Below, piece by piece: positions 19,839 through 30,992 of a stretch of DNA of 64,000 nt. The translations under genes were made by a program, and so were the position numbers. Where the stretch lies: the NCBI GenBank assembly GCA_047284725.1, contig JBJBEO010000001.1, positions 160,001 to 224,000 of the forward strand, in the 5' to 3' direction. This DNA comes from Synechococcus sp. (lineage in GTDB: Bacteria; Cyanobacteriota; Cyanobacteriia; PCC-6307; Cyanobiaceae). The notes under the pieces were generated by a model. That model saw only the letters and a list, made by a program, of their open reading frames with translations, had not been told where the DNA came from and did no database searches. Numbering within the stretch: the first letter of the stretch is position 1; each line of letters begins with the position of its first letter.

Positions 19839-20341
19839 TCAGGTGGCGTTCAGGGGTGTGTCTGGCGCTGCTCCAAGGCGCCCTGCTCGTGTCGGTTGGG
19901 TTGGGCTTCTGGATGGAGCGCCTCACCTCACCGCGGCTCTGGGCCCTGGTGCAACCGGTGGATCCCAATCTGCCGATTCGTGGGCGCTATGTAAGCCTGC
20001 GTTTGCTGGTGCCACTGTTGGGAGCCGAGGCGCCTGCCTCCGCAACACAGTCCCCGCCGAAGACGGTCATCCTGCAGGCGCAGGATGACCGGCTGGTGGC
20101 TCGAGACCGTGGGGAGGGGGAGCGGTATCCCGCCCAGTTGGTCCATCGGGATGGCCAGGTCCTGGTGAGGTTGACGGAGCCTCTGGCCCTGTTCATTCCG
20201 CCCGATGTGAAGGATCCGTCACGCCGTCCGTCGACGGATCCGCTCTGGGTTGAGGTGACGTTGCCTCGGCATGGTCCGCCCCGTCCGATTCAGCTGGGTG
20301 TGCTCCGTGAAGGTCGGGTTCAGCCGATGAGTTTGCGTTGA
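19835..20341 (+). CDS. GDYXXLXY-domain protein
   Basis: N-terminal TM then PVDPNLPIRGRYVSLRL, a variant of PVDPR...GDYxxLxY. ATGA-coupled to DUF2157, its usual partner. Confidence 0.75.
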   Translation: MIRWRSGVCLALLQGALLVSVGLGFWMERLTSPRLWALVQPVDPNLPIRGRYVSLRLLVPLLGAEAPASATQSPPKTVILQAQDDRLVARDRGEGERYPAQLVHRDGQVLVRLTEPLALFIPPDVKDPSRRPSTDPLWVEVTLPRHGPPRPIQLGVLREGRVQPMSLR

Positions 20342-20344
20342 GCC

Positions 20345-21058
20345 TCAGGCCTTGCGGAACTCGATCAGACGGGAGAAATAGAAGGGGGCCTGGTTGAGGC
20401 TGCGGCGCACCAGCTTGAAGCCGCAGGCTTCGGCCGCCGCCACGATGCCTGCTTCCTTCAGGGTGTAGGCCCGGGTGGTTTTGCTCGGTCCGGGGAAGAG
20501 CTGGCCGATGCCTTTGAGCAGGGCCAGCAGCGGGGTGTAGGGGGCGAAGCTCACAATCAGGCGCTCTTCACTGAGGCGGCACAGGTGCTTCACCATCTCC
20601 TCGGCTGGTTCCTGGGGGTAGTGGATGAACACGTCCAGGCAGCAGACGGTGTGGAAGGAGCCGCTGATGCTCTCCAGGTCGGAGGCGCTGAAGCTGAGCT
20701 TGCCCATGTCGAGGCCGGCCTCGCGCGCCCGGCGGTCCGCTTCCTGGGCCATGGCTTCGGAGATGTCGCTGGCGGTGATTGATCCGGCGCCCATCGCGGC
20801 CAGGGGCAGGCTGAGGCTGCCCACGCCGCAGCCTGCGTCGCAGAAGCTCACATCCCTGAGTTCGCCGCTGTCCTGGATCCAGCTCAGCACTTCATCCACG
20901 GTTTTCTGATGGCCGATGCGGATGTTGCGCTGCACCTTGTTGACATCGTCGGATTCGCTGTAGATCCGATTCCAGCGATCAAAGCCGGTGGTTTCGAAGT
21001 AGCCCTTCACCTCCTGCTTTTCGGTCTGCTTGTCGTTCAGCAGCTGCTCGGGAGCCAT
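20345..21058 (-). CDS. chlM: Mg-protoporphyrin IX methyltransferase
   Basis: YFETTGFDRWNRIY, DAGCGVGSL, CLDVFIHYP and FYFSRL motifs. Confidence 0.97.
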   Translation of the reverse strand: MAPEQLLNDKQTEKQEVKGYFETTGFDRWNRIYSESDDVNKVQRNIRIGHQKTVDEVLSWIQDSGELRDVSFCDAGCGVGSLSLPLAAMGAGSITASDISEAMAQEADRRAREAGLDMGKLSFSASDLESISGSFHTVCCLDVFIHYPQEPAEEMVKHLCRLSEERLIVSFAPYTPLLALLKGIGQLFPGPSKTTRAYTLKEAGIVAAAEACGFKLVRRSLNQAPFYFSRLIEFRKA

Positions 21059-21089
21059 GGGAAGGGGTGGAGTGAATCGGCAAGGGATC

Positions 21090-22256
21090 CTAGGCAGCGT
21101 GCCGCCAATGGAGCCGGCAGGCGTCTGCGCTCCAGTGCCAGCGCAGCAACCCGTGCAGAGGCTGCCCGATCAGGGTGGTCAGCGGATCGAACTCTGCGCC
21201 ATTGGCCAGCAGCTGTCGGGGCGCCACCGTCGCGGCCCAGATCGAGGCCTCGGGCTGTTGTCCCCAGCCCGCCAGGCGGGAGGCTCCCTCCAGGAGTGGC
21301 AGGGTGACTCCCGCCAGCGTGCCGTCTTCGAGCCTGCAGGTGCCCTGCTCAACCAGAAGCATCCGGTCATCCCAGCGATGCGGTCCATCGGCGAGCCCGT
21401 ACGGCGCCAGGGCATCACTCACCAGCACCAATTGATCGCCCGCCAGTTGTTGCAGGAGCACGGCCATGGTGGGGTGCACATGCACGCCATCGGCAATCAA
21501 TCCCAGGGCGATCGTGCCCCTCCGGCAAGCCTCCCCCACCGGCCCAGGGGCACGGTGATGCAGGCCTGGCATGGCGTTGAAGGCGTGGGTCAGCATTCCG
21601 ACGCCGTCGTCGAAGGCGTTGCCGGCTTGATCGGCAGTGGCGGTGCTGTGGCCGAGGGCCACTTGGATCCGGAGATCCCGCAAGCGCTTGATCACGGCGT
21701 CGGCACCGTTCAGCTCCGGTGCCAGCGTCACCAGGGCGATCTCCGTCTCAAAACCGTTGATCCGTTCAGCCAGAGCCGCCGGACTGGGGGCGCAGAGATG
21801 CTCAGACGGATGGGCGCCTCGGCGGGCTTCCGCCAGGAAAGGCCCTTCCAGGTGGGCTCCCAGCAAGCGGCAGCGCCCAGGACGATGATGAGTTCTGGCA
21901 TCCCGCAGAACGGCGAGAGCTTGGCGCAACGGTCCGACACCGCAGGTCACCAGGGTGGGGCTGATGGCTTCCACGCCGTCCTGCCACAGTCGATCCAGCA
22001 GGTTCAGAAGCCCTGGCAGGTCATCGCTGGTGAGTTCGGGAAAGGCCAGCCCGAGCCCACCGTTGATCTGCAGATCGATCCCCATCGGACTGAGCCAGTC
22101 CTGTTGCCAATCGTCTGTCGCCGCTGGGCTGTCGCCCATCGGTTTAATGGCCGCGATGCGCTGCTGGTGATCGAGGTCGATGCACCAGAGGGCCGACGTG
22201 TTGCGGTCGCCTCCATCGGGCCGACGGGGCAGGCGGACGTTGGTGATCCGTCGCAT
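21090..22256 (-). CDS. nagA: N-acetylglucosamine-6-phosphate deacetylase
   Basis: IDLQINGG, GAHLEGPF, TLAPE, THAFNAM, IADGVHVHP and VSDA motifs. Confidence 0.93.
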   Translation of the reverse strand: MRRITNVRLPRRPDGGDRNTSALWCIDLDHQQRIAAIKPMGDSPAATDDWQQDWLSPMGIDLQINGGLGLAFPELTSDDLPGLLNLLDRLWQDGVEAISPTLVTCGVGPLRQALAVLRDARTHHRPGRCRLLGAHLEGPFLAEARRGAHPSEHLCAPSPAALAERINGFETEIALVTLAPELNGADAVIKRLRDLRIQVALGHSTATADQAGNAFDDGVGMLTHAFNAMPGLHHRAPGPVGEACRRGTIALGLIADGVHVHPTMAVLLQQLAGDQLVLVSDALAPYGLADGPHRWDDRMLLVEQGTCRLEDGTLAGVTLPLLEGASRLAGWGQQPEASIWAATVAPRQLLANGAEFDPLTTLIGQPLHGLLRWHWSADACRLHWRHAA

Positions 22257-22289
22257 GGCAGAGGCCGGTGAAGGCGGTCATACGGGACG

Positions 22290-22883
22290 ATGACAGTCTC
22301 GCCAGTCCGCTCTTCCTCTGTCAGTCCCGTGACGTCTTCTTCCTCACCCGCCCCTGCCGTTCAGCCCCGGGTGGCGGTGATCATGGGCAGTGATTCCGAC
22401 CTTCCCACCCTTCATCCTGCGGTGAAGGCCCTTGAGGACCTTGGTGTGGGCGTGGAGGTGAGGGTGCTGTCGGCCCACCGCACGCCCCTGGAGATGGTGG
22501 CGTTTGCCCAGCAGGCCCGTGACCAGGGCTTTGGGGTGGTCGTTGCCGGTGCCGGTGGTGCGGCCCATTTGCCCGGCATGGTGGCGGCCCTCACCACGCT
22601 GCCGGTGATCGGTGTGCCGGTGCAGAGCAGGGCCCTCTCCGGGGTGGACTCCTTGCATTCGATCGTGCAGATGCCGGGCGGCATTCCCGTGGCCACGGTG
22701 GCCATCGGTGGAGGCCTCAATGCCGGGTTGCTGGCTGCCCAGATTCTGGCCGTGACCGATGCCGAGCTCAGTGCCCGGCTGCAGGCTTATCGGCAGACCC
22801 TCCATGACTCCGTGGTGGCCAAGGACGAGCGGCTGAAGCACCTCGGCGCCAGCGCCTACCTCGACGCCATGCCTGGCCATTGA
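22290..22883 (+). CDS. purE: N5-CAIR mutase
   Basis: [24 protein letters not shown] and [11 protein letters not shown] motifs. Start may lie slightly downstream. Confidence 0.97.
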   Translation: MTVSPVRSSSVSPVTSSSSPAPAVQPRVAVIMGSDSDLPTLHPAVKALEDLGVGVEVRVLSAHRTPLEMVAFAQQARDQGFGVVVAGAGGAAHLPGMVAALTTLPVIGVPVQSRALSGVDSLHSIVQMPGGIPVATVAIGGGLNAGLLAAQILAVTDAELSARLQAYRQTLHDSVVAKDERLKHLGASAYLDAMPGH

Positions 22884-22922
22884 TCCCACAGGCCTTGAAG
22901 GCCTGAGCACAATGGGGCGAAC

Positions 22923-23990
22923 GTGTCCGTCGCCATGCCCTGGCCTGTCTGGCTGCGCTGGTCTCTCGCTCTGCCGTTGGTCACGCTCAATCTCTATGCG
23001 TGCCGGCAGTTGCTGCTGCCCCTCGCGCCCTTCCCGGGGTTGTTCCTCACGGCGGCCCTGATTGCCTTCCTGCTCGATCTCCCCATCCGTTGGCTGATGG
23101 CCAAGGGCTTACCGCGCTGGTTGGCGATTCTTCTGGTGACTCTGGTCACCGTGGGATCCCTGGTCGTGGCGGGCATCACCCTGCTGCCACTGCTGATCAA
23201 CCAGTTGGCCCAGTTGATCAATGCTCTGCCTGGCTGGCTTGTGGAGGCAGACGCCTGGATCAATCGTTTGCAGGACTGGTCGGCGCACCGGGGATTGCCG
23301 AGCGATTTCGGTGATCTCAGCAGTGATCTGATCTCCCGGCTCAGCCGCGTGGCCAGTCAGTTCAGTCAGCGCCTGCTCAGCATCCTCGGCACCACTTTGA
23401 GCACCACGATCAACATCGTGATCGTGCTTGTGCTTGCGGTGTTTTTTCTCATCGGCGGCGAGGCAATCACCGCCGGCCTGGTGCGTTGGCTGCCTGATGG
23501 CTGGCGGGCGCTGGTGGTCACCACGATCACGCGCACGTTTCGGGGCTACTTCGCTGGCCAGGTGCTCTTAGCCCTCATCCTCAGTGTGGGTCAGATCGCC
23601 GTGTTCACGTTGCTGGGGATTCCCTATGGGGTGTTGTTCGCTGTGTTGATCGGGTTCACCACCTTGGTGCCCTATGCCAGCGCCCTCACGATCGTTGCGG
23701 TGAGTGCGCTGCTGGCTGTCCAGGATCCACGCACAGGTCTGGAGATTCTGGCGGCGGCCATCGGGGTCGGACAGATCGTCGACCAGGTGATCCAGCCGAA
23801 CCTGATGGGCAACCTGCTGGGCTTGCAGCCCGCCTGGTTGCTGATCGTTCTGCCCCTCGGCGCCAGGGCCGGAGATTTGTTTGGGTTCGGATCGCTGCTC
23901 GGCTTGCTGCTGGCCGTCCCGGCGGCCAGCTGCATCAAGACCTTTGCGGATGCCTGGCAGCAGGGCTCCATCAGCCCTGAGCCGGAATGA
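22923..23990 (+). CDS. AI-2E (UPF0118) family transporter
   Basis: Polytopic; [21 protein letters not shown] and DQVIQP.LMG motifs. Confidence 0.85.
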   Translation: MSVAMPWPVWLRWSLALPLVTLNLYACRQLLLPLAPFPGLFLTAALIAFLLDLPIRWLMAKGLPRWLAILLVTLVTVGSLVVAGITLLPLLINQLAQLINALPGWLVEADAWINRLQDWSAHRGLPSDFGDLSSDLISRLSRVASQFSQRLLSILGTTLSTTINIVIVLVLAVFFLIGGEAITAGLVRWLPDGWRALVVTTITRTFRGYFAGQVLLALILSVGQIAVFTLLGIPYGVLFAVLIGFTTLVPYASALTIVAVSALLAVQDPRTGLEILAAAIGVGQIVDQVIQPNLMGNLLGLQPAWLLIVLPLGARAGDLFGFGSLLGLLLAVPAASCIKTFADAWQQGSISPEPE

Positions 23991-24618
23991 GCCCCCGCTC
24001 GATCAGGGCCTTCACCACCTGCTCCACGCAGGTCTCCAGGTTTGCCGCGCCTGTGTCAACGGCGAGTTCCGGGGACTCAGGTGCCTCGTAGGGACTGGAA
24101 ATGCCGGTGAATTCCTTGATCTCACCCGCCCGGGCTTTGGCATAGAGCCCTTTGGTGTCGCGCTCTTCGCACACGCTCAGGTCGGCGGCACAGAAGATCT
24201 CGATGAAATCGCCGTCCTCGACCAGGGCCCGGGCTTTGTCGCGGTCGGCCCGGAAAGGCGACACGAACGCGGTGAGCACGATCGCGCCGGAATCGAGGAA
24301 AAGCTTCGCCACTTCGCCGATGCGGCGAATGTTTTCCTCCCGGTCCGCATCGGAGAAGCCGAGGTCTTTGCACAGGCCGTGGCGAATGTTGTCGCCATCC
24401 AGCACGTAGGTGGCCAGCCCCCGTTCGAACAGGGCCTGGTTCACCGCATTGGCCAGGGTGCTTTTGCCGGCCCCACTCAGGCCTGTGAACCAGAGTATGG
24501 CGCTGCGATGGCCCCGTTGCTCCGCCCGGGCGGCTCGATCCACAGAGGCGTGGTGCCAGGCGATGTTGGTGGATGCGCCCTGGTCGGTGAGCTGGCCGTA
24601 GGTGGGCGAGGCAGGCAT
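23971..24618 (-). CDS. cysC: Adenylyl-sulfate kinase
   Basis: [30 protein letters not shown] and FTGISSPYE motifs. Confidence 0.97.
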   Translation of the reverse strand: MPASPTYGQLTDQGASTNIAWHHASVDRAARAEQRGHRSAILWFTGLSGAGKSTLANAVNQALFERGLATYVLDGDNIRHGLCKDLGFSDADREENIRRIGEVAKLFLDSGAIVLTAFVSPFRADRDKARALVEDGDFIEIFCAADLSVCEERDTKGLYAKARAGEIKEFTGISSPYEAPESPELAVDTGAANLETCVEQVVKALIERGLIPAQG

Positions 24619-24649
24619 GGGCGGGGGCGAATCGGCTCGCCATTCTCCC

Positions 24650-24976
24650 TCAGCCGCCGGCGCGCTTGGGTCGATAGCCCTCGTTGCTCAGCAGTTCCAG
24701 CACCAGATCCACCTGATCCCCCTGCAGCTCCACCACGCCGTCCTTGGCGGTGCCGCCGCTGCCGATGCGGCTCTTCAGCTTCTTCAGCAGTGTTTTGAAG
24801 CCTGGGGCATCCAGTTCCAGCCCACGTATCACCGTGACGGTCTTACCGCCCCGTCCGCCGCGGGTGGGCTGGACCCGCACCTGCTGTTGCGCTTTCGGGG
24901 TCGGCTCCGCCGTTGGCCCGTTGGGGCGCTTCAGACTGTCGGCACTGCTGAATTCCTGCCAGCCTCCCTTCGACAT
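24650..24976 (-). CDS. yciH: SUI1/YciH-family translation initiation factor
   Basis: [12 protein letters not shown]...[20 protein letters not shown]. Confidence 0.9.
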   Translation of the reverse strand: MSKGGWQEFSSADSLKRPNGPTAEPTPKAQQQVRVQPTRGGRGGKTVTVIRGLELDAPGFKTLLKKLKSRIGSGGTAKDGVVELQGDQVDLVLELLSNEGYRPKRAGG

Positions 24977-25016
24977 TGCCATCCCCAGCGATTCCTTCCA
25001 TCCTGCCGTTTCCGCG

Positions 25017-25976
25017 ATGACTGCCCCCGTCACAGCTCCTCAGTGGGCCGATTCCAGCCAGGGCCTCGGGCGCTGGATTGAACGCCTGATCGGTGTTGGG
25101 CTGCTGCGCAAGCCCCTGTTTTTCCAGGCTCGCCAGCTGATCATCCGCACAGCGGAACGCAACGGCATCCCCTGGCGTCAGCGCCGGTCGGAGTTGCAGC
25201 AGGCTGCAGCGCCCCTGCTGGCCTCCAGCACCAGCCCCGGCGTCAAGCCTCCCGATTACTACCGCGTGCGCTTTCACGCCTACGAGCAGGGCAACCTCTG
25301 CTGGCAGGCCGCAGCGGAGGCCGAACAGGCCACCGCTGCGATGGCACTGCGCGTCTGGCCAGATGAAAGGCTCACTCCCGAGGTGGCCCAGCAGCGCCTT
25401 CGGGATGCCATCCATGCTGCGGTGGAGCCCCTTCTGAACGGACCGGTGCATCAGGTGCTGGATCTGGGCTGTTCGGTGGGTGTGAGCACCCAGGCCCTGG
25501 CGCATTGGTTGCAGGCCCGGGCTGCGGCTCGAGGTGAGGCGTCTCCGCGCGTGGTGGGGCTCGATCTGTCTCCCGACATGCTGGCGGTCGCACGGGTGCG
25601 GGATCCCCAAGGCCTGGTGGCTGAATGGCGTCATGGTGCTGCGGAGCACACCGGGTTTGACGCAGGCTTGTTCGATCTGATCAGCCTTCAGTTTGTTTGC
25701 CATGAGTTGCCCCAGACCGCCACGCAGGCGGTGCTGGCAGAGGCGGCCCGACTGCTGCGGCCCGGTGGTGTTCTGGTGATGGTGGATCAGGATCCGGCGT
25801 CCTCGGTGCTCCAGACACTGCCGGCGCCGGTGGCCACCTTGCTCAAGAGCACCGAGCCCTACATCGAGGAGTATTTCGCTTTGCCGATGGAGGAGACCCT
25901 GGTGTCTGCCGGTTTCCATGGCCTGCAGGTGAGTGCCTGTGATCCGCGGCATCGTGTGATCGTCTGCTTACGCTGA
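25017..25976 (+). CDS. Class I SAM-dependent methyltransferase
   Basis: PDYYRVRFHAYEQGNL, VLDLGCSVG, GLDLSPDML and HELP motifs. Confidence 0.85.
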   Translation: MTAPVTAPQWADSSQGLGRWIERLIGVGLLRKPLFFQARQLIIRTAERNGIPWRQRRSELQQAAAPLLASSTSPGVKPPDYYRVRFHAYEQGNLCWQAAAEAEQATAAMALRVWPDERLTPEVAQQRLRDAIHAAVEPLLNGPVHQVLDLGCSVGVSTQALAHWLQARAAARGEASPRVVGLDLSPDMLAVARVRDPQGLVAEWRHGAAEHTGFDAGLFDLISLQFVCHELPQTATQAVLAEAARLLRPGGVLVMVDQDPASSVLQTLPAPVATLLKSTEPYIEEYFALPMEETLVSAGFHGLQVSACDPRHRVIVCLR

Positions 25977-26015
25977 CCCAACGCTTCAGCGGCCGTAGAC
26001 GCGGTCAGTTGCTCT

Positions 26016-27266
26016 GTGACCAGCACCCTGCCTTCCCAGCCCACCGATGCAGATCTGGCCGTCAGCGCCAGGCCCACCGATCGCGGTCGCTTCGGCCGGT
26101 ATGGCGGTCAGTACGTGCCGGAAACACTGATGCCAGCTCTGGCCGAACTGGAAACCGCCGCCGCCGAGGCCTGGAATGATCCGGCCTTCACCGATGAATT
26201 GGATCGGTTGCTGCGTGATTACGTCGGCCGTGCCACGCCGTTGTACGAGGCTGAACGTCTGACGGCCCACTACCGCCGTGCCGATGGCGGTCCCCGCATC
26301 TGGCTCAAACGGGAAGACCTCAATCACACCGGTGCCCACAAGATCAACAACGCCCTGGGCCAGGCTCTGCTCGCCTTGCGTATGGGTAAGAAGCGTGTGA
26401 TCGCGGAGACCGGTGCCGGCCAGCATGGGGTGGCAACGGCGACGGTGTGTGCCCGTTTCGGCCTCGAGTGCGTGGTGTACATGGGCGCTGAAGACATGCG
26501 CCGTCAGGCCCTGAATGTGTTCCGGATGCGTTTGCTGGGGGCCACCGTTCAACCCGTCACCGCAGGCACCGCAACACTCAAGGACGCCACCAGCGAAGCC
26601 ATTCGTGACTGGGTCACCAATGTGGAGACCACGCACTACATCCTCGGCTCCGTTGCGGGTCCGCACCCTTACCCAATGTTGGTGCGTGATTTTCACGCTG
26701 TGATTGGTCAGGAGGCCAAGCGTCAGTGTCAGGAAGCCTTTGGTCGTCTACCTGACGTGCTGGTGGCCTGCGTGGGTGGTGGGTCCAATGCCATGGGTCT
26801 GTTCCACCCCTTTGTGCAAGACAAGAGCGTGCGTCTGATCGGAGTGGAGGCTGCCGGTGATGGTGTCGCCACAGGACGACACGCCGCCACGATCACCGAA
26901 GGGCGTGTGGGTGTCCTGCACGGTGCCATGAGTCTTTTGTTGCAGGACGGCGACGGGCAGGTTCAGGAAGCGCACTCGATCAGTGCTGGTCTGGATTACC
27001 CCGGCGTCGGCCCTGAGCACAGCTACCTTCGCGAGATCGGCCGTGCCGAATACGGGGCTGTCACCGACGCTGAGGCGCTCACAGCGCTGCAGTTGGTCAG
27101 TCAGCTGGAGGGCATCATTCCTGCGCTGGAAACCGCCCATGCCTTCGCTTGGCTGGAGACGCTCTGTCCGACCCTGCCGGACGGTACGGAAGTGGTGCTC
27201 AATTGCAGTGGCCGCGGCGACAAGGATGTGAACACCGTGGCGGAGAAGCTGGGTCATCAGCTTTGA
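26016..27266 (+). CDS. trpB: Tryptophan synthase beta chain
   Basis: [31 protein letters not shown] and [13 protein letters not shown] motifs. Confidence 0.98.
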   Translation: MTSTLPSQPTDADLAVSARPTDRGRFGRYGGQYVPETLMPALAELETAAAEAWNDPAFTDELDRLLRDYVGRATPLYEAERLTAHYRRADGGPRIWLKREDLNHTGAHKINNALGQALLALRMGKKRVIAETGAGQHGVATATVCARFGLECVVYMGAEDMRRQALNVFRMRLLGATVQPVTAGTATLKDATSEAIRDWVTNVETTHYILGSVAGPHPYPMLVRDFHAVIGQEAKRQCQEAFGRLPDVLVACVGGGSNAMGLFHPFVQDKSVRLIGVEAAGDGVATGRHAATITEGRVGVLHGAMSLLLQDGDGQVQEAHSISAGLDYPGVGPEHSYLREIGRAEYGAVTDAEALTALQLVSQLEGIIPALETAHAFAWLETLCPTLPDGTEVVLNCSGRGDKDVNTVAEKLGHQL

Positions 27267-27311
27267 AGGCGCTGGCTTCGCCAGGGTCAGAGGTGACGGC
27301 AGCGCTCTGAT

Positions 27312-28328
27312 TCAGTTCAGGAGGCAATCGAGATGGTGGGCGGCGTTGCGCACGGCAGCAAGCGCCGTCGCGTAGGCCATCCGCATAGGCCCCACCAGCG
27401 CCACCTGGCCCACACCGTCAGCACCGCTGCGATAGGTCGCCCGCACCACGGAGCAGTGATGCAGTGCATGCTCAGGATGTTCATGGCCGATCCACACCCC
27501 GCCGCCGGGTTCTGGCCCAAGGGGCGTGAGTGCGGCTGGACTCTGATCGATCAACTCCAGCAGAGGCTGCAGCCTTGCGCTCCGACTGAATTCCGGCTCC
27601 GCCACCAGTCTTGAGACGCCATGACACAGGGCTGTGGCTTCACGGGTGGCGGTGAGTTGTTGATGGCTTTCGAGGCCATCCCGCAAGATCTGGCCACAGG
27701 CCTGCAGTTCCCGGGGCAGTTGGGACCATTGAAGGCGTCCGTTCTCGTTCTGGTTGAGCTGTCGCCGCGTCCAGGCTTCCATCGCTTCGATCTGGCGATC
27801 GTTGCCATGGGGGAGGCGCAGGTTCAGATGACTGGCTTGGCTGGAGTCCTGCACCAACATCACCAACAACCGATCGTCGCTGCGCACGAGGCGAATGGTT
27901 TCCAGGCTTTGGTGCACCCGTCGTGGATGGGTGATCAGGCTCATCAGTCCTGTGAAGTCCGTCAGTCGACGGGCCATCTGCTGCAGAAAGTCGTCGAGGG
28001 CAGCCCAGCGCAGGCTGAGGTGGGTGAGTTCCTGTTTCAGATGCCGGGCACTGGCGCCTGGCCTGGGCAGCAGGCGGTCTACGTAGTGGCGGTAACCCAG
28101 GGCACTGGGGATGCGGCCCGCAGAGGTGTGCGGCTGGGTGAGCAGTCCATGCTGTTCGAGGGCTCCCATCGCAGAGCGCACCGTTGCTGCACTGGTCTTC
28201 AGTCCGAAGCGCTGCACAAGGGTGCGACTCCCAACCGGCTCGATCGTGTCGAGGTAGTGATGCACCGTGGCGCGAAGCACCTCCTGTTGTCGGCTGGACA
28301 GGGGCTCCACACGATCCGGATCAGCCAC
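27312..28328 (-). CDS. hrcA: Heat-inducible transcription repressor HrcA
   Basis: EPVGSRTL, SAATVR, QPHTSAGRIPS and VGPMRMAY motifs. Confidence 0.95.
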   Translation of the reverse strand: MADPDRVEPLSSRQQEVLRATVHHYLDTIEPVGSRTLVQRFGLKTSAATVRSAMGALEQHGLLTQPHTSAGRIPSALGYRHYVDRLLPRPGASARHLKQELTHLSLRWAALDDFLQQMARRLTDFTGLMSLITHPRRVHQSLETIRLVRSDDRLLVMLVQDSSQASHLNLRLPHGNDRQIEAMEAWTRRQLNQNENGRLQWSQLPRELQACGQILRDGLESHQQLTATREATALCHGVSRLVAEPEFSRSARLQPLLELIDQSPAALTPLGPEPGGGVWIGHEHPEHALHHCSVVRATYRSGADGVGQVALVGPMRMAYATALAAVRNAAHHLDCLLN

Positions 28329-28400
28329 ATGAATCCTACGGCGATTCCTGTGTCAGCGAGCGCGGTCTGTTTGGCTGACGTCTAAGGCATGGGCATCGAT

Positions 28401-28763
28401 TCAGTAGCGCGGCACGCCGGGGTCGACCTGGACGCTCCAGGCATCGATGCCGCCCTCCAGATTCCACACCGTCAGCGCGGGTTGCTGGGCCAGCAGCCAG
28501 CAGCCGAATTGCCAGCTGCGCACACCGGCATGACAGAGCACCACCACATCCCGTTCGACCTGGAAACAGCCCTCAAGGGTGTTCATCCACTGCTCAGCGC
28601 CACTGAGGGGCAGATGCAGGACGTCGTTGGGGAAGGGAGCCAGGGTCAGTTCCTGCTGTTCCCGCACATCCACCAGCAGGGGAGGGTTGTCGGTCTCCAG
28701 AAGGTGCTGAAGATCCTTGGCAGAGAGGGGCCTCGGTTGGGCGCCGGCGTCAGAGTTGGGCAT
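28401..28763 (-). CDS. Rhodanese-like sulfurtransferase
   Basis: LVDVRE, CHAGVRS and NLEGGIDAWS...VPRY motifs. Confidence 0.9.
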   Translation of the reverse strand: MPNSDAGAQPRPLSAKDLQHLLETDNPPLLVDVREQQELTLAPFPNDVLHLPLSGAEQWMNTLEGCFQVERDVVVLCHAGVRSWQFGCWLLAQQPALTVWNLEGGIDAWSVQVDPGVPRY

Positions 28764-28838
28764 CGATTCATTCTGAAGCCCGCTGGCATTGGCGCCGGGA
28801 TGGACAAAGATGTGGCCCAGTGACCTGGTTGCCGGCCC

Positions 28839-30482
28839 ATGAAGGCCCGCTCCTTTCTTCTTGCCCTTGCCGCAGCGGTGGTGCTGTTGCTCACCACCGC
28901 CGCTGGTGTGTGGTGGGCCATGGACCGTCAGAGTCCGCTGCGGCTTGCAGAGCAGCCCCTCGCGCTGCCGAGGGCTGCGCGTTTCGTGCCGCGGCAATCC
29001 GCCCTCAGCCTGCATTGGTTGATGGACCCGGCTCGTCTGCCGGCCTATGCCCAGGCGGTGGCGCCGGCGAAGCAGCGCCGCGCCGCGCGGGAGTCGGTGC
29101 AGCAACTGCGGGACGGGGCCTTTGCGTTGGCCGGTCTTGATTTCACGAACGAACTGGCGGATTGGATCGGCCCTCAGGTGAGTGTGTCGTTGCTGGAGCC
29201 CACCACTGTTGATGGGCGCCTGGGTTGGGTGCTGGCCCTGTCCAGTCGCGACCAGGACGGTGCCAAGCGCTTTCTCCAGCGTTTCTGGCAGACCCGCAGC
29301 CTGGCGGGGACAGACCTGCAGATCAGTCGCTATCGCGGTATCGGTGTGATCAGCGGCCGGGGAGCCTTGCTTGGCCGTGAGCCTCAGCCGCTGGCGACGG
29401 CACTGATCGATGACGACCTGCTGCTGCTGGCCTCCGGCCGGGGGGTGCTGGAGCAGGCCCTGGACGTCTCGCAGATCGAGGCGATGCATCAGTTGGGCGA
29501 TGAGGATCTCAACAGCCGTTTGCGCAGACTCGATTCGGGAGCGGCTCTGGTGACCGCCTCGCCTCGGGCCCTGCAGACCTGGCTGGGTGTGCCGGCAGAG
29601 CTGGCGAACCATCCAGATCTTGATGGGTTGGTCGCCGCCGTCGGGTTGCAGGGCTCCGACCTGGTGCTCGATGGCATGCTGCGCTTCCGATCGCCTGTGG
29701 TGGCATCAGGCTCAGCCCGCCGTGACAGTTCCGCGGATGAGGCTCTGCTGGCATCGGCTGGGGGATCGGCCGATGTGCTGGCTGTGCTGGACAACCCTGC
29801 GGCATTGCTGGATCCCGGCAGTGAGGATCCCCAGGCCGAGTGGTTGGGACCTCTGCTCACCCGGCAGATGACGGCCCTGGCATCGCCAGCCCTGGAGGCG
29901 ATCAGCACCGCCAATCACGGTCCGATGCTTTGGGAACGCCAATCTGATGGGTGGCTCCTGGGAACCCGCGCTGGTCAGCCGGGCTCCGAGGCGGTTGATG
30001 CGGTGCTCCAGGAGCGTGGCCTGGCCTCGTCGTCGCTGGAGACCGATCGCGGTCCGCTGACCGTCTGGACGCGCTTGCGGCGCAAGCGCAGCCGTGGACA
30101 GGAGTCCCTGCAGGCCGAACTGGCGGTGGCCCTGGCCAGGGAGGCAGGCCAGGAATGGTGGGGATCCAGCTTGAATGCCTTGCAGCAACGTCGCGATGAG
30201 CGAGCCCTTCAGCCCCGCCTTGAGCAGTTGAAAGCCCTGGCCGATCGTGATGCCCGTCTGCCCCAGCAGTTGGCTCTGGCGGCGGATGTCAGCCGAGAGC
30301 GGTTGGGGGGATGGCGTCCCTGGACCCTCGTTCAGACCGTCGCTGGCCGTTCGTTGCGCGAGCCGGTCAAGGGACTGGCGCTGGCGATGGGGCCGGAGGT
30401 GAGCACTGACAGCAGGCCCAGTGGTGATCAGGCTGCTCGTAGTGACACGTTGCGCCTGCGTGGCTTGCTCCAGTTCGGTTGA
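28839..30482 (+). CDS. DUF3352-like exported/membrane-anchored protein
   Basis: N-terminal hydrophobic anchor with ARFVP and WIGP motifs; typical position upstream of sixA-gltA. Confidence 0.65.
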   Translation: MKARSFLLALAAAVVLLLTTAAGVWWAMDRQSPLRLAEQPLALPRAARFVPRQSALSLHWLMDPARLPAYAQAVAPAKQRRAARESVQQLRDGAFALAGLDFTNELADWIGPQVSVSLLEPTTVDGRLGWVLALSSRDQDGAKRFLQRFWQTRSLAGTDLQISRYRGIGVISGRGALLGREPQPLATALIDDDLLLLASGRGVLEQALDVSQIEAMHQLGDEDLNSRLRRLDSGAALVTASPRALQTWLGVPAELANHPDLDGLVAAVGLQGSDLVLDGMLRFRSPVVASGSARRDSSADEALLASAGGSADVLAVLDNPAALLDPGSEDPQAEWLGPLLTRQMTALASPALEAISTANHGPMLWERQSDGWLLGTRAGQPGSEAVDAVLQERGLASSSLETDRGPLTVWTRLRRKRSRGQESLQAELAVALAREAGQEWWGSSLNALQQRRDERALQPRLEQLKALADRDARLPQQLALAADVSRERLGGWRPWTLVQTVAGRSLREPVKGLALAMGPEVSTDSRPSGDQAARSDTLRLRGLLQFG

Positions 30483-30960
30483 TCTCTTTCTGCTTCGCCA
30501 TGGCATTGCCGAGCCCCGGCGCGAGGGGCTCGATCACCCCTCCCGGGCGCTGACCAGCCAGGGGAAGACGCGGACCCAGGCGATGTTGGCGTGGCTTGCA
30601 GCCTCAGGCCTGGAGGTCGACCGCTTGATCTCCAGCCCCTACACCCGTGCTTTGCAGACCGCTTGGCTGGTGCACCAGGCGAGACTCTCCCCAGCTCCTG
30701 AGCTCTCGCCTCATCTGGCTCCGCGAGGCGACCTGCAGCGTCTGCTGCCGCAGTTGCAGGGGCGATGTCTGCTGGTGGGGCATGAGCCTGAACTCAGTGC
30801 CTGGGCGTCATTGCTGATCGGGGCATCCCCGGGAGGACTGCGCCTTCGCAAGGCCGGGTGCTGCCACCTGCGCCTGTCCCGTACCGGTGCTGGAGGCTCC
30901 GTGGAGGCCCAATTGGAGTGGCTGCTGCGGCCGGGGCTGCTCCGGCGCAGCGCCGATTAG
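30460..30960 (+). CDS. sixA: Phosphohistidine phosphatase SixA
   Basis: LLRHGIAE, SSPYTRALQTA and VGHEP motifs. Start uncertain (GTG at 30460). Confidence 0.88.
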   Translation: MACSSSVDLFLLRHGIAEPRREGLDHPSRALTSQGKTRTQAMLAWLAASGLEVDRLISSPYTRALQTAWLVHQARLSPAPELSPHLAPRGDLQRLLPQLQGRCLLVGHEPELSAWASLLIGASPGGLRLRKAGCCHLRLSRTGAGGSVEAQLEWLLRPGLLRRSAD

Positions 30961-30992
30961 GTTGCCTTGAAGATGTGGAAGGGAGCATTCAG

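Noticed and set aside
28329..28400. CIRCE operator upstream of hrcA
   Set aside because: No TTAGCACTC-N9-GAGTGCTAA match.
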